Of a DNA stretch of 64,000 bases, positions 57,950-64,000 are shown piece by piece. Source of the stretch: Candidatus Latescibacterota bacterium (GTDB lineage: Bacteria; Latescibacterota; UBA2968; GCA-2709665); NCBI GenBank assembly GCA_963667175.2, contig CAXXXF010000018.1:96001-160000 (forward strand), read 5' to 3'. The number at the start of each line of letters is the position of its first letter. Position 1 is the stretch's first letter. The notes under the pieces are model-generated. The model searched no databases. It was not told the DNA's origin and worked only from the letters and a program-made list of their open reading frames with translations. The position numbers were made by a program, and so were the translations under genes.

Positions 57950-58666
57950 ATGGAACTCTATATTATCCGGCATGGGCAGTCGGCAAACAACGCGATGGCC
58001 GAAGGAGGTCAGCGGGTGTGCGATCCGCCGCTGACCGATATCGGCGAGGCCCAGGCCGACCGGCTGGCACGCTACCTGGCTGCGTCCGGAGACGGCGTCG
58101 AAGAGGTCCACGCCGCCGTGGCGCAGCAGAATTGCGCGGGTTTCGAGTTCGACCGGATTTTCTCGAGCCCGATGTTGCGCGCGATACAGACAGCGGCGCC
58201 GGTCGGGCGTGCGCTGGGAGTTCGGCCCGAAATCTGGATCGACATTCACGAAGAAGGCGGGATCTGGCTGGACGAAGGCGATGGACGAGGCGAGGTGGGG
58301 TATCCGGGTCTCACCCGCAGTGAAGTTGCCGCGCGGTTTCCGGAATTTGCAGTGCCCGAAGCGATCACGGAAGAAGGCTGGTGGAACCGTCCGCCGGAGA
58401 TCAGGGCGGAGTGGCGTGCGCGGGCGAGGAGGGTGGCCTCGGAACTGCACGGACGTTTCGCTGGCGCCGGAAGCCGGATCGCGCTGGTGTGCCACGGCGG
58501 ATTCGCCAACGACCTGCTCCATGCCGTGTTCGCCGGTATGCCGGACAGTGTTTATTTCGCAAGCCCGAATACGTCCATCAGCCGGCTGGATTTCAATGGC
58601 AAAGGCTGGGTGCAGGTCCGATACCTGGGCCGGGTGGCTCATCTCACGCCGGAACTGACGACCTGA
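57950..58666 (+). CDS. histidine phosphatase (phosphoglycerate mutase) family
   Basis: IRHGQS..N, SSPMLRAIQTA, VCHGG, NTSIS. Confidence 0.9.
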   Translation: MELYIIRHGQSANNAMAEGGQRVCDPPLTDIGEAQADRLARYLAASGDGVEEVHAAVAQQNCAGFEFDRIFSSPMLRAIQTAAPVGRALGVRPEIWIDIHEEGGIWLDEGDGRGEVGYPGLTRSEVAARFPEFAVPEAITEEGWWNRPPEIRAEWRARARRVASELHGRFAGAGSRIALVCHGGFANDLLHAVFAGMPDSVYFASPNTSISRLDFNGKGWVQVRYLGRVAHLTPELTT

Positions 58667-58730
58667 AGCAGCGGATCCGAACGTCGCATTGCAAGCTATC
58701 CAACTCCCTTTTCCATCGAGGTGTCTCGAT

Positions 58731-59738
58731 ATGGCAAGACCCGAAGTGATTCTATCCGGTTTTGCGGATGAAGGTCCCGTGAGCAAGCGGGCCGAAGAGC
58801 AGCTGACGATGATGTCCGCCCTCGGGCTCTCCTTTTACACGATCCGATTTATCGATCTTGGCAACGGTGTGAAGAACGTCATGGAGCTGTCAGACGAGGA
58901 AGTACATCGGCTCCAGGATCTCCACAACGCGTATGGCATAGGGGTCTCGAGCGTCGGCTCTCCGCTGGGCAAGGTCAAGCTGGTGGACGAGGAAGACGGT
59001 ACACAGAACCGGTACGTCCCGTTCCAAACCTATTTGCAGAATGACGTGCAACGGGCGATCGATCTGGCCCACGCCTTCGATACCAGACTGCTCCGGGGGT
59101 TCAGCTATTACCATCCCCACGGGGAGGATCCCTGGCCGTACCTGGATCGGGCGGCGGACCAGCTGGGTCAGATTGTTGAAAGATGCGCGTCTGCAGGCGT
59201 GGTCTACGGCATGGAGGTGGAGGCGGACCTGATCGGCGGTGACGGGGACACGCTGATCGCACTGTTCGAGAAAGTCAACAGTCCCTACGTGTGCATCATT
59301 CCGGACGTGGGCAACATGGAATCCAGCGGTCACAGCCCGGACAGCGCGTACGAGCACTACGTCAAGATGAAGCCGGGTGTGGGCTGGATCCATATCAAGG
59401 GGTTCAACAACCCCTCGAACCAGGCCATGCTTGATGCCGCCGGGGAGCGGGGACTGACCCGGTTCATCCCCGTGGACCGGGGCGATTCCGGACACGAGCA
59501 GGTATTGCGCGACTTCCGGGCGCTGGCGCCGGAAATCCAGGAGCGCCTGTCGCCTCTGGGCGTACCGGGGGTTTTCGTGGATCTGGAGCCGCACGTCAAG
59601 GGCGGCGGCCAATTTGGCGGCGTCAGCGGGGTGGACGGGTTCGGCGTGGCCTTCCGCAGCCTCTGCCGCCTCCTGGATTACCTGGAGTACGACTATCGTC
59701 TGACGGGCTACGAGGATATCTCCAATCCCGCGTCGTAG
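58731..59738 (+). CDS. sugar-phosphate isomerase/epimerase-type TIM barrel
   Basis: SGFADE, GSPLGK, RGFSYY, DVGN, IHIK, LEPH. Confidence 0.8.
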   Translation: MARPEVILSGFADEGPVSKRAEEQLTMMSALGLSFYTIRFIDLGNGVKNVMELSDEEVHRLQDLHNAYGIGVSSVGSPLGKVKLVDEEDGTQNRYVPFQTYLQNDVQRAIDLAHAFDTRLLRGFSYYHPHGEDPWPYLDRAADQLGQIVERCASAGVVYGMEVEADLIGGDGDTLIALFEKVNSPYVCIIPDVGNMESSGHSPDSAYEHYVKMKPGVGWIHIKGFNNPSNQAMLDAAGERGLTRFIPVDRGDSGHEQVLRDFRALAPEIQERLSPLGVPGVFVDLEPHVKGGGQFGGVSGVDGFGVAFRSLCRLLDYLEYDYRLTGYEDISNPAS

Positions 59739-59761
59739 ACATCAACGCGGCCGAATACCAC

Positions 59762-59794
59762 CAGGGGTGCAGTTGACGCGCCCCTGTTCTTTTT
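59762..59794 (+). terminator. intrinsic terminator
   Basis: CAGGGGTGC...GCGCCCCTG followed by TTCTTTTT. Confidence 0.55.
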
Positions 59795-59815
59795 GATTTC
59801 CAGGCCGAGGTCTCA

Positions 59816-62101
59816 GTGGCTGTTTCCGCCCATCCACCGGAATCCAACAGGGTTACCTTCGCCCGGAGTCTGGGCTGTTTCGACGCATCGATGATCGGAA
59901 TCGGCGCGATGATCGGCGCGGGGATCTTCGTGCTGACCGGAATCGCCGCGGGCGAGGCGGGTCCGGCGTCGATCCTGGCGTTTGCGCTCAACGGCCTGGT
60001 GACGTTGATGACGGCGTTCTGCTATGCCGAACTCGCCTCGGCGATTCCCGAGGCCGGCGGCGGATATTCCTTCGTCAAGAAAGCGTTTCCCGGACCGGTG
60101 GGATTCCTGTCCGGATGGATGCTCTGGTTCGCCTATACGGTGGCGTGCAGTCTCTACGCGTTGGGATTCGCCGGCTACTTCTGGGAGTTTTTTCACAAGT
60201 ACATGCCGGATGTCAGCCACGCCATTCAGGCGACCGCGGGCGTACAGCCTTCCGTTGCGCTTGTGACGGTAATCGTCAGCAGCGTCTTCGTCTGGTTGAA
60301 CGTCCGCGGCACGGAGGTAACGGGCAAGGCGGAGAATGTGATTACCATCTCCAAGATTCTCGTGCTTCTGGTATTTGTCTGGTACGGACTGGCGCACATT
60401 TTCGCGGCCCCCGAACAGGCTGCGAAGAGTTTCTCCCCCTTCTTCCCGAAGGGATTGGGGGGCGTACTCGTGGCCATGGGACTGACGTTTATCGCCTTTG
60501 AAGGCTACGATCTGATCGCGACGGTTGCCGAAGAGATCAAACAACCCGAAACCAATATTCCAAAGGCCACGTTCATTTCCCTGGGCGTGACCGTGGTTGT
60601 CTATCTGCTGATCGTTTTTGTCTCACTCGGCGCGGTTCAACCGGAGGCGACGACGTCGTGGGAGTTTCTGGGCCAGTACAAGGAAACGGCGATCGTGAAA
60701 GCGGCGGACAGTTTCATGCCTGCGTTCGGCGTGGCAACCATCGTATTCGGCGGGCTTCTGTCCACCATGTCCGCACTGAACGCGACCGTGCTGGCCTCCA
60801 GCCGCGTGGCGTTCTCCATGGGCAGGGACCGCTGGCTGCCGCCGGGCATGGCCAGTATTCATGCGGACAGGCGGACGCCGCACATTGCGATTCTGGTTAC
60901 GGGCGCGATTCTGACGGGCATCGCGCTGCTTCTGCCCATCCACGTTGTGGGGTCTGCGGCCAGCCTCATGTTTCTGCTCACGTTTACGCTCGTAAATCTG
61001 TCGCTGCTCGTGCTTCGACGCCGGGCGCCGGAAATCACGCGAAGGTACAAAGTACCCCTCTTTCCCTGGCTGCCTCTGGTTGGGGCGGCTTCGAATATGC
61101 TTCTGGCGATTTACCAGTTTCGTTTCGATCCCATGGCCTGGTACGTTGCGCTGGGATGGATTGTGGTGGGGTTCTTCGCGTATACCGTCCACTTCCGGAA
61201 GGAGTCGGGTGAGGCCGAGCCTCACGTGCTGGATGCGCTGCCCCTGGAGACCGCCCGCGCGCCTTACAGGGTTTTGGTACCCGTGGCCAATCCGAATACC
61301 ATCGAGTCGCTGCTGGATATTTCCATTCCCATTGCAAAAGCGAAGAACGGCGATCTGATCGTCAGCACGACCGTGGAGGTGCCGATCCAGCTGCCCATCC
61401 AGGAAGGCATGAAATACATCAACCACCGGATGCCACTGTTGCGCGCGGCTCAGGCCTATACGCAGAAGCAGGACCTGCGCATCGTGTCGGACATAAGGGT
61501 GGCGCACCGGGTGGACGAAGGGATTCTCTCGGCCGTATCGGATGAGCACGCCGATCTGATGGTGGTCGGATGGAAAGGGTTTACCACCACGCGCGAGCGG
61601 ATATTCGGCGAGGTGCTCGACAGGGTGGTGAACCGGGCCACGGCCGACGTGGTGGTTGTCAAGCTGCAGGATCAGGCCAGGTTCGATCGCATTCTGCTGC
61701 CCACGGCGGGCGGGCCCCACACACGGTTCGCCGTTGAGCTGCTCGAACCGATCGTCGCGGCCTACGGTTCTCGTGTCACGGCCTGTTACGTCATCCCCGA
61801 AGGCGCGGACGCGGAGCGGGAAGAGGAGGCCATGGGATGGATGCGGCAGACTCTGAGGGACGCGAATCTGGGTGAGGTGGAGTGCCGCGCGATCCGGTCG
61901 CGGTCCGTACCGGCGGGCATCGTGAGGGCGGGAGCGGATTTCGATCTGGTCGTGATGGGCGCGGCCAATACGGGTTTATTCCAGCAACTCCTGTTCGGTG
62001 AAGTGCCGGACCGGGTGGGACGTTACGCCAAGACTTCCGTCATGCTGGTCAGAAAGCGCGAAGGACGCGGGAAGGCCTGGCTGAGGCGACTGATGAGTTG
62101 A
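59816..62101 (+). CDS. APC-family amino-acid permease with two C-terminal USP domains
   Basis: GAMIGAGIF, YAEL...P.AGG.Y, FIAFEG; VLVPVANP, ILLPTAGGP, LLFG.VP. Confidence 0.9.
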   Translation: MAVSAHPPESNRVTFARSLGCFDASMIGIGAMIGAGIFVLTGIAAGEAGPASILAFALNGLVTLMTAFCYAELASAIPEAGGGYSFVKKAFPGPVGFLSGWMLWFAYTVACSLYALGFAGYFWEFFHKYMPDVSHAIQATAGVQPSVALVTVIVSSVFVWLNVRGTEVTGKAENVITISKILVLLVFVWYGLAHIFAAPEQAAKSFSPFFPKGLGGVLVAMGLTFIAFEGYDLIATVAEEIKQPETNIPKATFISLGVTVVVYLLIVFVSLGAVQPEATTSWEFLGQYKETAIVKAADSFMPAFGVATIVFGGLLSTMSALNATVLASSRVAFSMGRDRWLPPGMASIHADRRTPHIAILVTGAILTGIALLLPIHVVGSAASLMFLLTFTLVNLSLLVLRRRAPEITRRYKVPLFPWLPLVGAASNMLLAIYQFRFDPMAWYVALGWIVVGFFAYTVHFRKESGEAEPHVLDALPLETARAPYRVLVPVANPNTIESLLDISIPIAKAKNGDLIVSTTVEVPIQLPIQEGMKYINHRMPLLRAAQAYTQKQDLRIVSDIRVAHRVDEGILSAVSDEHADLMVVGWKGFTTTRERIFGEVLDRVVNRATADVVVVKLQDQARFDRILLPTAGGPHTRFAVELLEPIVAAYGSRVTACYVIPEGADAEREEEAMGWMRQTLRDANLGEVECRAIRSRSVPAGIVRAGADFDLVVMGAANTGLFQQLLFGEVPDRVGRYAKTSVMLVRKREGRGKAWLRRLMS

Positions 62102-62112
62102 GGGGAGTTACC

Positions 62113-63408
62113 ATGTTGAACGGAGGCGCAGTCACCCTGGACATTACGCCGCCGCTGGGGACGCTGATTCCGGGCCTGTTCCACGAACGCAGGGCGGAGG
62201 CGGTTCACGATCCGCTGCACGTGCGCAGTTTCGTGCTGGAGGAGAACGGCGCCGGAATTGCCATTGTCGTCTGCGATCTGGTCGGCGTCGCCCGGGCATA
62301 CCTGGACCGGGCGAAGGCGCGGATCGCCGAAACCGCCGGGCTGACGCCCGAGCGGGTGCTGATCTGCTGTACCCATACCCACTCCGGCGCCCAGACGGGC
62401 GATGACGCGTATACGGAATTCCTGCTGGAGCGGATCGCCGATTCCGTACGCCTGGCGTGGCGCGCGCGCGACGCGGTGTCGGTGGGCTGGGGACGCGCGG
62501 AAGAGGGCCGGCCGGTATTCAACCGGCGTTTTCATATGGCCGACGGCACGGTGCGGACCAACCCCGGCCTCCACAATCCGGACGTGCTGAAGCCCGCCGG
62601 GCCGGTGGATCCCGAGGTGGGTGTACTCTGTATTCAGAAACCGGATGGAAAGCCCGTGGGACTGATGTGCAACTATGCGCTGCACTACGTGGGCGGTGGA
62701 GACCACGAGCGGGAGATTTCCGCGGACTATTTCGGGTATTTTTCGAGTCTCATCCAGCGAATGCGAGGACAACGGTTTACCGCGGCGTTATCCAACGGCG
62801 CTTCCGGCGACATCAACAACCACGACGTTATCGGAGGAAGCCGGTGCGCGAACGACCGGCACCAGCATTCGGAGCGCGTCGCCGCACTGGTGGCTGCCCA
62901 CGCCTTCTGGGCGTGGAATGAAATGGACTTCGCCGGCGACGTGACGCTGGGCGCCGAAATGGTCGAGGTGGTCCTGCAGCGGAAAGCCGGACCTTCACCG
63001 GCGGATATCGCCCGTGCCCGTGCAATCGACGAAGAGGGCAGGGGCACCATGGCGGAGCGGGCATACGCCCGGCGGATACTGCGCCGGATGGCGGACGTGC
63101 CCGAGAAGACGCGAACCTGGGTGCAGGCCTTGCGGATCGGAGACCTCGCCCTTGTGGCCGTGCCGGGTGAATTGCTGGTAAGGCTCGGGCTGGAAGTCAA
63201 GAAACGGTCCCCTTTCGAGCAGACGATGGTGCTGGAGCTGGCCAACGACAGCGTGGGATATCTGCCCGACGAGCAGGCCTGTCGGGAAGGCGGGTACGAA
63301 CCCGAAGCGGCCCTGTTTGCGCCGGGTTCGGGCGAACAGATCGTGGATGCGGCCGTCGATCTGCTGGACCGGCTGCATCGCGCACCTACACCGTGCGGGA
63401 ACCGGTAA
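62113..63408 (+). CDS. neutral/alkaline ceramidase-like amidohydrolase (second paralogue)
   Basis: DITPP, HDPL, THTHSG, FNRR, GPVDP, NYALH, SADY, PGE, GGYE. Confidence 0.75.
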   Translation: MLNGGAVTLDITPPLGTLIPGLFHERRAEAVHDPLHVRSFVLEENGAGIAIVVCDLVGVARAYLDRAKARIAETAGLTPERVLICCTHTHSGAQTGDDAYTEFLLERIADSVRLAWRARDAVSVGWGRAEEGRPVFNRRFHMADGTVRTNPGLHNPDVLKPAGPVDPEVGVLCIQKPDGKPVGLMCNYALHYVGGGDHEREISADYFGYFSSLIQRMRGQRFTAALSNGASGDINNHDVIGGSRCANDRHQHSERVAALVAAHAFWAWNEMDFAGDVTLGAEMVEVVLQRKAGPSPADIARARAIDEEGRGTMAERAYARRILRRMADVPEKTRTWVQALRIGDLALVAVPGELLVRLGLEVKKRSPFEQTMVLELANDSVGYLPDEQACREGGYEPEAALFAPGSGEQIVDAAVDLLDRLHRAPTPCGNR

Positions 63409-63450
63409 CAGGAAACGGTGCCGCCCGGACAAGGAACATAAGGAGGAGAT

Positions 63451-64000
63451 ATGTCGGACAAGGTACGCATCGGCGTGATCGGCGCCGGAGGTATTTTCCG
63501 GAGCCGTCACTTCCCGGGGCTGGCGAAGATCGGAAACGCGGAAGTGGTTGCCATCTGCAACCGGAGCGAGGAGAGCGCGGGGGCGATCGCGCAAGAGTTC
63601 GGCCTTTCGCCGAGGCTGATGACCGATCCGTATGCGTTGATCGCAAGCGAGGACGTGGACGCCGTGATGATCGGCACCTGGCCGTACAGGCACTGCGAAT
63701 TCGTGCTGGCGTCCCTGGACGCCGGAAAGCACGTCTTCGTGCAGGCGCGGATGGCGATGAACCTGCGGGAGGCGAAGGCCATGTACGCCAGGGCGCGGGA
63801 ATCCGGCCTTGTCACGCAGATCTGTCCGTCACCCATGGCGATGAAGGGTGACTGGTTCATTCAGCGGCTGATCCGCGAGGGATACCTGGGCGACGTCTAC
63901 CATGTCTATACCCGATCGTTCAGCGGCGACAATTGCGATCCCGATCAACCTCTGCACTGGCGGCAGATCGACCGGTATTCCGGATTGAACGCGCTGAACA
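63451..64000 (+). CDS. Gfo/Idh/MocA oxidoreductase (truncated by window end)
   Basis: AGGAGG RBS; MSDKVRIGVIGAGGI..., DVDAV.IGT, AGKHVFVQ; frame open to the end. Confidence 0.85.
   Translation, partial: MSDKVRIGVIGAGGIFRSRHFPGLAKIGNAEVVAICNRSEESAGAIAQEFGLSPRLMTDPYALIASEDVDAVMIGTWPYRHCEFVLASLDAGKHVFVQARMAMNLREAKAMYARARESGLVTQICPSPMAMKGDWFIQRLIREGYLGDVYHVYTRSFSGDNCDPDQPLHWRQIDRYSGLNALN

Overview
A GC-rich (roughly 60-65% by eye) bacterial chromosomal segment. The gene content (T9SS/FlgD-Ig C-terminal sorting domains, a PorV-like barrel, a long secreted WD40 protein, DUF6785-like transporter, many orphan hydrolases) suggests an FCB-superphylum organism of Latescibacterota/Gemmatimonadota type, possibly host-associated; this is inference. 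Housekeeping genes are thyA, folA, rimO, rpmB, a folC fusion, rimK, uppP, an RNase II-family gene and ridA. The most notable accessory block is 25-45.6 kb: a hydrolase cluster, then a TonB-dependent receptor / CTD-protein / PorV-like triad, then three tandem paralogues (plus a decayed fourth) encoding secreted double-Cache-domain proteins with sorting CTDs but no membrane anchor or signalling output. The first paralogue sits behind a promoter with three copies of a palindromic operator. Also present: a FolC-ATP-grasp fusion, several families of small palindromic/MITE elements (one nested and inserted in frame with a TTAA duplication), a low-GC membrane-protein gene bracketed by inverted REP-like copies, and several deletion pseudogenes. 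No rRNA, tRNA, CRISPR array or intact transposase was recognised. Family calls come from motif recognition only; no database search was run.
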